Assembly: GCA_040954595.2 (NCBI GenBank)
Contig: CM082589.2
Coordinates: 12,040,894-12,104,893 of the forward strand
Origin: Balanoglossus misakiensis
Taxonomy: Eukaryota > Animalia > Hemichordata
Length of the DNA stretch: 64,000 nt
Reading direction: 5' to 3'
A program made the translations under genes and the position numbers. The notes under the pieces are model-generated. The model was given only the letters and a program-made list of their open reading frames with translations, was not told the origin of the DNA and ran no database searches. This document shows, piece after piece, positions 50,805 to 63,022 of this stretch (the stretch's first letter is position 1; every line of letters begins with the position of its first letter).

Positions 50805-52199
50805 GAAGAATATAGCTGCAAGCAGCAATAGCGGGCCCAAGCCAACATAGCACATAGCAACATAGCAATAAGCATATCTGCACTTGATACCAAGATATGG
50901 TAAAGTAGGTCAAAGGTCAACTGAGGTCATGTTATATTTAGGCAAGACATTTTTACCCTATACTGGTCCACGTTCAACAAAAACCAAACCTATAGCACTA
51001 TTGGTTAGCCTGGAATTAGGTATGCACATAATTAATGAGGGAGGCAGGTGTCACAGGTGACCCCCAATTTTGGCTGTTCAATTTTAGTCCAACCCTCCAA
51101 ACCCCAAGTCTGTACCTGCTCTGGATGTCAAGATCTGGTAAAGTAGGTCAAAGGTCACCTGAGGTCATGCAAAATTTGGGCAAGAAATTTTGACCCTATA
51201 CTGGTCCATGTTAAGCAAAAACTAAACCTATAGCCCTATTGGTTAGCCTGGAATTAGGTATGCACATAATTAATAAGGTAGGCAGGTGTCACAGGTGACC
51301 CCCAATTTTGGCTTTTCAATTTTAGTCCCAACCCTCCAAACACCAAGTCTGTACTTGCTCCGGATGCCAAGATCTGGTAAAGTAGGTCAAAGGTCACCTG
51401 AGGTCATGCAAAATTTTGGCAAGAAATGTTGACCCTATACTGGTCCATATCCAACAAGAACGAAACCTCTAGCCCTCTTAGTTAGCCCAGAATTAGGTAT
51501 GCACATAATTAATGAGTTAAGCAGGTGTTACAGGTGAGCCCAAAATTTTGCCTGTTATTTTGGTCCCATTGTGCTCACTGCCCAATACACAGTCACTGTA
51601 CAGGACCGTTGCACAGACCAGAATTCCACACCAAGACGTGTAGTGTTCATAGCTTAACTATAGAGGTATAAGTAAAAAGGTATAAATTTAATTTAAAAAA
51701 TTAATATAAAAAAATCGGTCGATTTTTCATATTATTTTTTTTCGCTTAAAATGATTGACAAATGCTAGGCTAGCTGCACACCAAAGTTTGAGATGATCAG
51801 CCTAACAGATTTTGAGATATGTATGCATATTTATCCAAAATAATATGTGGTCATAGCTTTACTATGTAAAGTATAGGCCGATGGCTTGGGCGAAAAATAT
51901 GAAAAATAATACTTAAAAATCTTCTCCTCAAAATTGACATGGCCTATGGCCTTGACATTTGGCATGTAGAACCCTGGCCATATGGTCCATAAAGTATCTG
52001 AACAGAATTTTGATATCTCAATTCATATGCAAATTAGGGCGATTTGAAAATTTTGCCCATATATGGTCATCAGGTCACGTGACTAATTAAACATTCACGA
52101 GGGTACTGCACCAGCTCTCATTGGCCTGCACCATTGTGCTAAGTTTGAAATTGGTAGGTTCAGCCGTTCTCCAGATCTAGCTGGACAAAAAAACGACAC

Positions 52200-52231
<32 letters not shown>

Positions 52232-53683
52232 GAAGAAAAATCCCAGTAATACCAATAGGGCCCAAGCCTGCTGGGCTTGGGCCCTAAATATAGCTGCAAG
52301 CAGCAATAGCGGGCCCAAGCCAACATAGCACATAGCAACATAGCAATAAGCATATCTGCACTTGATACCAAGATATGGTAAAGTAGGTCAAAGGTCAACT
52401 GAGGTCATGTTATATTTAGGCAAGACATTTTTACCCTATACTGGTCCACGTTCAACAAAAACCAAACCTATAGCACTATTGGTTAGCCTGGAATTAGGTA
52501 TGCACATAATTAATGAGGGAGGCAGGTGTCACAGGTGACCCCCAATTTTGGCTGTTCAATTTTAGTCCAACCCTCCAAACCCCAAGTCTGTACCTGCTCT
52601 GGATGTCAAGATCTGGTAAAGTAGGTCAAAGGTCACCTGAGGTCATGCAAAATTTGGGCAAGAAATTTTGACCCTATACTGGTCCATGTTAAGCAAAAAC
52701 TAAACCTATAGCCCTATTGGTTAGCCTGGAATTAGGTATGCACATAATTAATAAGGTAGGCAGGTGTCACAGGTGACCCCCAATTTTGGCTTTTCAATTT
52801 TAGTCCCAACCCTCCAAACACCAAGTCTGTACTTGCTCCGGATGCCAAGATCTGGTAAAGTAGGTCAAAGGTCACCTGAGGTCATGCAAAATTTTGGCAA
52901 GAAATGTTGACCCTATACTGGTCCATATCCAACAAGAACGAAACCTCTAGCCCTCTTAGTTAGCCCAGAATTAGGTATGCACATAATTAATGAGTTAAGC
53001 AGGTGTTACAGGTGAGCCCAAAATTTTGCCTGTTATTTTGGTCCCATTGTGCTCACTGCCCAATACACAGTCACTGTACAGGACCGTTGCACAGACCAGA
53101 ATTCCACACCAAGACGTGTAGTGTTCATAGCTTAACTATAGAGGTATAAGTAAAAAGGTATAAATTTAATTTAAAAAATTAATATAAAAAAATCGGTCGA
53201 TTTTTCATATTATTTTTTTTCGCTTAAAATGATTGACAAATGCTAGGCTAGCTGCACACCAAAGTTTGAGATGATCAGCCTAACAGATTTTGAGATATGT
53301 ATGCATATTTATCCAAAATAATATGTGGTCATAGCTTTACTATGTAAAGTATAGGCCGATGGCTTGGGCGAAAAATATGAAAAATAATACTTAAAAATCT
53401 TCTCCTCAAAATTGACATGGCCTATGGCCTTGACATTTGGCATGTAGAACCCTGGCCATATGGTCCATAAAGTATCTGAACAGAATTTTGATATCTCAAT
53501 TCATATGCAAATTAGGGCGATTTGAAAATTTTGCCCATATATGGTCATCAGGTCACGTGACTAATTAAACATTCACGAGGGTACTGCACCAGCTCTCATT
53601 GGCCTGCACCATTGTGCTAAGTTTGAAATTGGTAGGTTCAGCCGTTCTCCAGATCTAGCTGGACAAAAAAACGACACAAGAAG

Positions 53684-53715
<32 letters not shown>

Positions 53716-56700
53716 GAAGAAAAATCCCAGTAATACCAATAGGGCCCAAGCCTGCTGGGCTTGGGCCCTAATTAAAGCTGCAAGCAGCATTGTCGGGCCC
53801 AAGCGCTGATCTCGAATTATATATGCACAGTATGAATGAGGAGAAACAGAATTTTCTATCTGGTGTATTATCTCATGACATAACAAGGACGTGTGTATTT
53901 TTGCTGCTGAAATAGGGTGAAGTAGGTCAAAGGTCACCTGAGGTCACCCAACATTTGGGCATTTTTTTTTACCCATACTGGTCCATGTCCAACAAAAACC
54001 AAAACTCTAGCTCTATTGGTTCGCCTGTAATTAGGTATGTGCATATTTAATGAGGTCAGCAGGTGTCACAGGTGACCCAAAAATGTGGCTTTACATTTTG
54101 GTCCCATCCTACCAAATGCCATGGCTGTATCTGCTCTGGATGCTGAGATATGCGAAAGTAGGTCAAAGGTCACCAGAGGTCACCCAACATTTGGGCAAAA
54201 AATTTTGATCCCATACTGGTCCATGTCCAACAAAAACCAAACCTCTAGCTCTATTGGTTCGCCTGTAATTAGCTATGCACATAATTAATGAGGTCAGCAG
54301 AAGTCAAAGGGGTCATGAAAAGTAGCAAAATATTTTGATCACACACTAATCCACATGCATCAAAAACCAAAAGTCTAGCCCTATAGGTTAGCCTGGAATT
54401 AGATATGCAGAAATAATAACGCGTGATAAGTAGGTCAAAGGTCATGTGAAAAATCGCCAAAAATTTGTAACATATTTTAGTCATATGATGATTGATATCC
54501 ATGAAAAGAATTTGTATGCTGTCAATTTTTAGACTAGGAAAAGGAATTTCAATTTTTCACTGCTTTTTACAAAATCCAATATGGCCGCCATAATCTTCGA
54601 CCAATCACAATGTTCTTTGCAAACTTGATAGACATCAGTATTGTGACCATACTCCCTGAATCTTGCGACTCAGTTATCGCCCATTCTGGAGAAGAAGATT
54701 TTTGCAGTTTTACTATGGTTTTTCGAAAATCCAATATGGCCGCCATAATCTTCGACCAATCACAATGCTTCTTATCAAACTTGATAGACATCAGTTAGGT
54801 GACCACATACCCCAAACCGCGTCACTCGGTTATCACCGGTTCTGGAGAAGAAGATTTTTGAAATTTAAGCCAGATTTCAGAAAAAAATTGTAGCAAAAAA
54901 ACTGCAACATTTACAGCAAAATATCCAATTACAAAAATGATGGGTAGAAGGTAGACTACCTGCACACCAAATTTGAAGTGGATCTGACTTGTAGTTTCTG
55001 AGATCTGAGATTTGCATTTTTTCAGAAAATCCAATATGGCCGCCATGTCACGTGACTAATTAAAAATTCAAGAGTTCAATGCACGACTACCCATTGACCT
55101 TGACCACTGTAGCAAGTTTGAGAAGTGTACCTGCAGCGGTGTCTGAGATCTAGAGCGACAAAGAAATGACACAAGAATAAAGAAAGAAAGAAAGACAGAT
55201 TAAAGCTGCAAGCAGCATTGTCCGGGCCCAAGCTCTATTATCTGATCAGATTATTAGATATGCACATAATTAATGAGTAGAAACATAATGCTGTGTTTTA
55301 TCCCATGAAATATCAAGGTTATATCTATGTTTGGTGTTGATATAGTGTTAAGTAGGTCAAAGGTCACCCAGAGGTCACCCACAATTTGGGCAGAAAATTT
55401 TGATCCATAGTGGTCCATGTCCAACAAAAACCAGACCTCTAGCCCTTTTGGTTAGCCCGGAATTAGGTATGCACATAAATAATGAGTTAAGCAGGTGTCA
55501 CTGGTGACCCAAAACTTTGGCTTTTCATTATGGCCCCATACCTCCAAACGCCAAGGTTGTATCTGCTGTGGATGTCGAGATATGTAAAAGTAGGTCAAAG
55601 GTCACCCGAGGTCACCCAACATTTGGGCAAAATATTTTGACCCCATACTGGTCCATGTATAACAAAAACAAAACCTCTAGGTCTATTGGTTCATCATTAA
55701 TTAGGTATGCGCATATTTAATGAGGTCACCAGAGGTCAAAGGGGTCATGAAAAGTAGCAACATTTTTTGATCACATACAAATCCACATACATCAAAAACC
55801 AAACTTATAGCCCTATTGGTAAGCCTGGAATTAGATATGCAGAAAAATGATGCGTCAAAAGTAGGTCAAAGGTCATTGCCAAAATTACCAAAATATTTAT
55901 AGCTTATTCTTGTCATATGATGATTCATATCCATAAAAAGAATTTCTGTGCTATCAATTTTTAGGCTAGAAAAGGAATTTTTACTTTTTAATCGTTTTTC
56001 ACAAAATCCAATATGGCCGCCATAATCTTCGACCAATCACATTCCCCTTTGCAAACTTGATAGACACCTGTTTAATGACCACACACACCAAATCTTGTGA
56101 CTCGGTTATCACCCGTTCTTGAGAAGAAGATTTTTGAAGTTTTACTATGGTTTTTCGAAAATCCAATATGGCCGCCATAATCTTCGACCAATCACAATGA
56201 TCTTCGCAAACTTGATAGACATCAGTTAGGTGACCACATACCCCAAACCGCGTGACTCAGTTATCACCGGTTCTGGAGAAGAAGATTTTTGAAATTTAAG
56301 CCAGATTTCAGAAAAAAAATTGTAGCAAAAAAACTGCAACATTTACAGCAAAATATCCAATTACAAAAATGATGGGTAAAAGGTAGACTACCTGCACACC
56401 AAATTTGAAGTCGATCTGACTTGTAGTTTCTGAGATCTGAGATTTGCATTTTTTCAGAAAATCCAATATGGCCGCCAGGTCACGTGACTAATTAAAAATT
56501 CACAGGTTCAATGCACGACTACTCATTGACCTTGACCACTGTAGCAAGTTTCAGAAGTGTACCTGCAGCGGTGTCTGAGATCTAGAGCGACAAAGAATTG
56601 ACACAAGAATAAAGAAAGAAAGAAAGAAGAAAGAAGGAAAGACAGATTAAAGCTGCAAGCAGCATTGTCCGGGCCCAAGCTCTATTATCTGATCTGATTA

Positions 56701-59700
56701 TTAGATATGCACATAATTAATGAGTAGAAACATAATGCTGTGTTTTATCCCATGAAATATCAAGGTTATATCTATGTTTGGTGTTGATATAGTGTTAAGT
56801 AGGTCAAAGGTCACCCAGAGGTCACCCATAATTTGGGCAGAAAATTTTGACCCATAGTGGTCCATGTCCAACAAAAACCAGACCTCTAGCCCTTTTGGTT
56901 AGCCCGGAATTAGGTATGCACATAAATAATGAGTTAAGCAGGTGTCACTGGTGACCCAAAACTTTGGCTTTTAATTATGGCCCCATATCTCCAAATGCCA
57001 CGGATGTACCTGCTTTGGATGCCGAGATATGCAAAAGTAGGTCAAAGGTCATCTGAGGTCACCCAAAATTTGGGCAGAAAATTTTGACCCATAGTGGTCC
57101 ATATCCAACAAAATCCAGACCTCTAGCCCTTTTGGTTAGCCCGGAATTATGTATGCACATAAATAATGAGTTAAGCAGGTGTCACAGGTGACCCAAAACT
57201 TTGGCTTTTCATTATGGCCCCATACCTCCAAACGCCAAGGCTGTACCTGCTTTGGATGCCGAGATATGCAAAAGTAGGTCAAAGGTCATCTGAGGTCACC
57301 CAAAATTTGGGCAAGAAAATTTTGACCCATAGTGGTCCATGTCCAACAAAAACCAGACCTCTAGCTCTATTGGTTCGCCTGTAATTAGCTATGCACATAA
57401 TAAATGAGGTCAGCAGAGGTCACAGGTGACCCAAAACTTTGGCTTTTCAATATGGCCCCATATCTCCAAATGCCAAGGCTGTACCTGCTTTGGATGCCGA
57501 GATATGCAAAAGTAGGTCAAAGGTCACCCGAGGTCACCCAACATTTGGGCAAAATATTTTGACCCCATACTGGTCCATGTATAACAAAAACAAAACCTCT
57601 AGGTCTATTGGTTCATCTGTAATTAGGTATGCGCATATTTAATGAGGTCCCCAGAGGTCAAAGGGGTCATGAAAAGTAGCAAAAATTTTTGATCACATAC
57701 AAAACCACATACATCAAAAACCAAACTTATAGCCCTATTGGTTAGCCTGGAATTAGATATGCAGAAAAATGATGCGTCAAAAGTAGGTCAAAGGTCATTG
57801 CCAAAATTACCAAAATATTTATAGCTTATTCTTGTCATATGATGATTCATATCCATAAAAAGAATTTCTGTGCTATCAATTTTTAGGCTAGAAACAGAAT
57901 TTTTACTTTTTAATCGTTGTTCACAAAATCCAATATGGCCGCCAAAATCTTCGACCAATCACAATGATCTTCGCAAACTTGATAGACATCTGTTTAATGA
58001 CCACACACACCAAATCTTGTGACTCGGTTATCGCCGGTTCTTGAGAAGAAGATTTTTGAAATTTTACTAGGGTTTTTCGAAAATCCAATATGGCCGCCAT
58101 AATCTTCGACCAATCACAATGATCTTCGCAAACTTGATAGACCTCAGTTTGGTGACCACATACCCCAAACCGCGTGACTCGGTTATCGCCGGTTCTGGAG
58201 AAGAAGATTTTTGAAATTTTGACCAGATTTCAGAAAAACAACTGTAGCAAAAAAACTGCAACATTGACAGCAAAATATCCAATTACAAAAATGATGGGTA
58301 GAAGGTAGACTACCTGCACACCAAGTTTGAAGTCGATCTGACTTGTAGTTTCTGAGATCTGAGATTTGCATTTTTTCAGAAAATCTAATATGGCCGCCAG
58401 GTCACGTGACTAATTAAAAATTCAAGGGTTCAATGCACATCTACTCATTGACCTTGACCACTGTAGCAAGTTTGAGAAGTGTACCTGCAGTGGTGTCTGA
58501 GATCTAGAGCGACAAAGAATTGACACAAGAATAAAGAAAGAAGAAGAAAGAAGAAAGAAGGAAAGACAGAATTAAAGCTGCAAGCAGCCTTGTCCGGGCC
58601 CAAGCTCTATTATCTGATCTGATATTAGATATGCACATAATTAATGAGTAGAAACATAATGCTGTTCTATCCCATGAAATATCAAGGTTATATCTATGTT
58701 TGGTGCTGATAAAGTGTTAAGTAGGTCAAAGGTCACCCAGAGGTCACCCAACATTTGGGCAGAAAATTTTAACCCATAGTGGTCCATGTCCAACAAAAAC
58801 CAGACCTCTAGCCCTTTTGGTTAGCCTGGAATTAGGTATGCACATAAATAATGTGTAAAGCAGGTGTCACAGGTGACCCAAAACTTTGGCTTTAGCTTTT
58901 CATTATGGCCCCATACCTCCAAATGCCAAGGCTGTACCTGCTTTGGATGCCGAGATATGCAAAAGTAGGTCAAAGGTCATCTGAGGTCATCCAAAATTTG
59001 GGCAGAAAATTTTGACCCATAGTGGTCCATGTCCAACAAAAACCAGACCTCTAGCCCTTTTGGTTAGCCTATAATTAGGTATGCACATAATTAATGAGTT
59101 AAGCAGGTGTCACAGGTGACCCAAAACTTTGGCTTTTCATTATGGCCCCATACCTCCAAACGCCAAGGCTGTATCTGCTGTGGATGTCGAGATATGCAAA
59201 AGTAGGTCAAAGGTCACCTGAGGTCACCCAACATTTGGGCAAAATATTTTGACCCCATACTGGTCCATGTATAACAAAAACAAAACCTCTAGGTCTATTG
59301 GTTCATCTGTAATTAGGTATGTACATATTTAATGAGGTCAGCAGAGGTCAAAGGGGTCATGAAAAGTAGCAAAATTTTTGGATCACATACAAATCGACAT
59401 ACATCAAAAACCAAACTTATAGCCCTATTGGTTAGCCTGGAATTAGATATGCAGAAAAATCATGCGTCAAAAGTAGGTCAAAGGTCATTGCCAAAATTAC
59501 CAAAATATTTATAGCTTATTCTTGTCATATGATGATTCATATCCATAAAAAGAATTTCTGTGCTATCAATTTTTAGGCTAGAAAGGGAATTTTTACTTTT
59601 AATCGTTTTTCACAAAATCCAATATGGCCGCCATAATCTTCGACCAATCACATTCCTCTTCGCAAACTTGATAGACATCTGTTTAGTGACCACACACACC

Positions 59701-60474
59701 AAATCTTGTGACTCGGTTATCGCCGGTTCTTGAGAAGTAGATTTTTGAAATTTTACTAGGGTTTTTAGAAAATCCAATATGGCCGCCATAATCTTCAACC
59801 AATCACAATGATCTTCGCAAACTTGATAGACATCAGTTAGGTGACCACATACCCCAAACCGCATGACTCGGTTATCACCGGATCTGGAGAAGAAGATTTT
59901 TGAAATTTAAGCCAGATTTCAGAAAAAAAATTGTAGCAAAAAAACTGCAACATTGTCAGCATAATTTCCAATTACAAAAATGATTGGCAGAAGGTAGTCT
60001 ACCAGCATGCCAAATTTGAAGTTGATCTGACTTGTAGTTTCTGAGATCTGAGATTTGCATTTTTTTAGAAAATCCAAGATGGCCGCCAGGTCACGTGACT
60101 AATTAAAAATTCACAGGTTCAATGCACGACTACTCATTGACCTTGACCACTGTAGCAAGTTTCAGAAGTGTACCTGCAGCGGTGTCTGAGATCTAGAGCG
60201 ACAAAGAATTGACACAAGAATAAAGAAAGAAGAAGAAAGAAGAAAGAAGGAAAGACAGAAAAACCCCAACGAAACCAATAGGGCCCAAGCGCTGGTATGC
60301 GCTTGGGCCCTAAAAACCCCAACGAAACCAATAGGGCCCAAGCGCTGGTATGCGCTTGGGCCCTAAAAAACCCCAACGAAACCAATAGGGCCCAAGCGCT
60401 GGTATGCGCTTGGGCCCTAAAAAACCCCAACGAAACCAATAGGGCCCAAGCGCTGGTATGCGCTTGGGCCCTAA
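43105..60474 (-). mobile_element. Nested/tandem non-autonomous Helentron cluster, right block (opposite orientation)
   Basis: Units start at (ATAT/TTAA)AGCTGCAAGCAGC at ~43105, 44224, 47189, 49163, 50811, 52288, 53772, 55200, 56647 and 58572; internal ~240 bp and ~120 bp subrepeats; (GAA)/(GAAA) microsatellite next to GGGCCCAAGC hairpins. Confidence 0.88.
60260..60473. repeat. Four stacked 53-54 bp terminal-hairpin units
   Basis: aaaaaccccaacgaaaccaatagggcccaagcgctggtatgcgcttgggccct x4. Confidence 0.95.
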
Positions 60475-61447
60475 ATATAGCTGCCAAGCAGCAATGGCGG
60501 GCCCAAGCCAAAATAGCGCATAGCAACAAACCTTAGTTGAACAGCAAAGCAATATTTTGGTCGATTTTGTGTAATGCGTTGATATACCTTCTCCTAGTGA
60601 TACATACAGCTACAATGGCTATTGAAACTTTGTGCAGGAAGGGGCTGTTTGACCTGTGTGCACTTGAATCCAAAGCTGTCCTACATACTAGCTTTGAGGT
60701 TGACGGATCCGAAAACGAATGTGATTACGGAAATACGTCTACAGTAGGGGTCAGCTGATTACTGGTGAGTGTAATTCGCTAACATGTCGAAGTTTTGAAA
60801 GTGGTAGTAATCGCTTTATCGGTGATTTTAAGGAGTGGAAACGTGGGCGGTGACAATTGTGTAGTTGTAGTTTATCTAGCGGTAGTGTGATTTTGATGAT
60901 ATGAGAGACGATGTCAGTTTAATTTGAGTTATATTTTGACACGTACAGAGGCAAGTCCAATACAATATGGCGGCGACCGTGTGTTTTGCAGAGTTCCTTA
61001 CGCAATAATTTATGCTGACATGTCTGAGTTGTAAAAGTGGTGTAAATGTTAATCACTTCATCGGTGATTTGGATGAGTGGAAAGCTGGATGGTGACGGTT
61101 TTGTAGTTGTAGTAGTTGATCCGGCGGTAGTGAGATTTTGATTATATGAGAGGCGATGTCAGTTTCATTAGGGTTTTAATAGTTTTATTTTCACACATAT
61201 AAACAAGGTCAGTCGAATTCAATATGGCGGCGACCATGTTTTTCGCAGATAGCCTACGCAATAATTAAATTAATTATTCGATGTGGACAAGGACACTGTT
61301 CTGTATGGGTTATTTTGAATGATGTATGTGTATTTTTATACTGACATGTTTGTGACTTACATACACGTGCTTGCACATTTTTCTGTTGTGATTTATCTGA
61401 GGGAAATAATGAATGAGTACTAATATTTTTGTCTATTCTGTTAACAG

Positions 61448-61479
61448 ATTTCGCTGAACAGATATATCTCAGTCTCAAG
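61448..61479 (+). other. Putative non-coding leader micro-exon
   Basis: ttctgttaacag|32 bp|gtgagt; upstream donor ctg|gtgagt at 60765. Confidence 0.5.
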
Positions 61480-61873
61480 GTGAGTGTTTGATGTTGTTTT
61501 TGACCATGACCTTAAAGGATGAAGCGTGTGGTTTTGAGCTGTTTTCTGGAATATTGTGTGATATTAAAAGTTGTTTGACACTTTAAAAATGCTGGAAATA
61601 CTGGTGAAATGATGTGCCATGATTGGTGTTTATTTGAAGGTGTATTGTTATTTAAATGAGGAAGGCATTCCTGTGTTCATCAATTTTATTTGATTCACTT
61701 TGATTTGAATGTGTAGACATGGTTGATTAAAGTAATACAAGTGTGGTTTTGTCTGTTGTGAAATAATATTTATCTGTTGAGGGCTGGCTATGAAAGTGAC
61801 ATGTGTCATTGTTTGTTCACTGAGAGTTTTGTTGATTAATAATCGTATTTGTAGCTATGTATAATATTGTTAA

Positions 61874-62220
61874 AGGGACAAAGTCTGTCTGTCGCTGCCC
61901 TTTTTCCGTTAATTATATTTGATACAAGACATCGTTTGTGTTATTTTATATGTGAATATAAAGAGAATCAACGTTTGACCACACACTACGTCCATCCCAC
62001 TTGTAGACACGGTAGTGAAAAATTCACCGAAATGAATAATCAGTGTTTACCATTTATTCATTTTGGCGAGATTTTGACTCTGATATCCTACAAACAGGAT
62101 GGAAGTTGTGTGTGGTTGAACGTTGATTCACTATATATCCACACGTAAAATAACATAAACGGTGTCTTGTATCAAACATAATTGATGGAAAAAGGGCAGC
62201 GTGAGAGAGACTTTGTCTCT
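61874..62220. mobile_element. Foldback MITE, copy 3, inside the putative Helentron leader intron
   Basis: ttaa|agggacaaagtct...agactttgtctct. Confidence 0.8.
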
Positions 62221-62374
62221 GTAACATACATGGAAATTTGAAGGGCATTTTCAACTAAATCTGAAAAGCTTTGTTGTGTAAGTTTCACACTTTGTGGAGA
62301 TTTTGTGTATGTTTTGTTGAATCACTGTATGATATACATTTTTTTCTAATAAGGTTATTTGGTTTGTTTTCCAG

Positions 62375-62400
62375 TTTTTGGTGACAGAACATATTTGACG
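62375..62400 (+). other. Putative non-coding leader micro-exon
   Basis: ttgttttccag|26 bp|gtaagt. Confidence 0.45.
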
Positions 62401-63022
62401 GTAAGTGTTATAGATATAGCAGATGATTTCAAGTGCGTTGCAGTTTGTAGAGGTGTGGTCAACATAGCTGGTTGAGAATTTATGCACTGCATGTGTGGTT
62501 GTGTACCAGGATTAGTGATCCTATCCTGGGTCATGGTTGCAATTAAAAATGTTGTGTAGCAGCTGTAATGATAATGCTTATAATATATTTATTGCTCTTA
62601 AAGGCCTCCGGCCCATATTGCAGCTTTAAATTACAAATACAAAAATATATATATACATCACGGGAGTGAGTACTTTACATGGTAATAAAAAATTCTTCTC
62701 TCAGTTTATACGCCTTATGTACAAATAGTGCCAGCTTGAAAATGATAATGCCTGAGTTATGGTGTAGTTTGATGTACACGAACAGTACAGAAATGTGATG
62801 AGCATAGCTGCTATTCAACATGTATATTTCACCTATGTACCAGTATTATTGATCCTATTTGTGGACAGGCCTGTATTATTTCAATTGCATGGTGGAAAAA
62901 ACATGAGGACAAGTAATGCAGACACTAAAATGGGGAAGGCACTGCAAAATGTGGACAGTTGGATCAACAATGAGTTGTTAATTTCTGTTTGGTGATGGTA
63001 ATCATGTTGAAATATTTTTCAG

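Noticed and set aside
36764-60552. Many 60-130 aa ORFs in the array
   Set aside because: Recurrent translations of non-coding repeat units with no domain signal.
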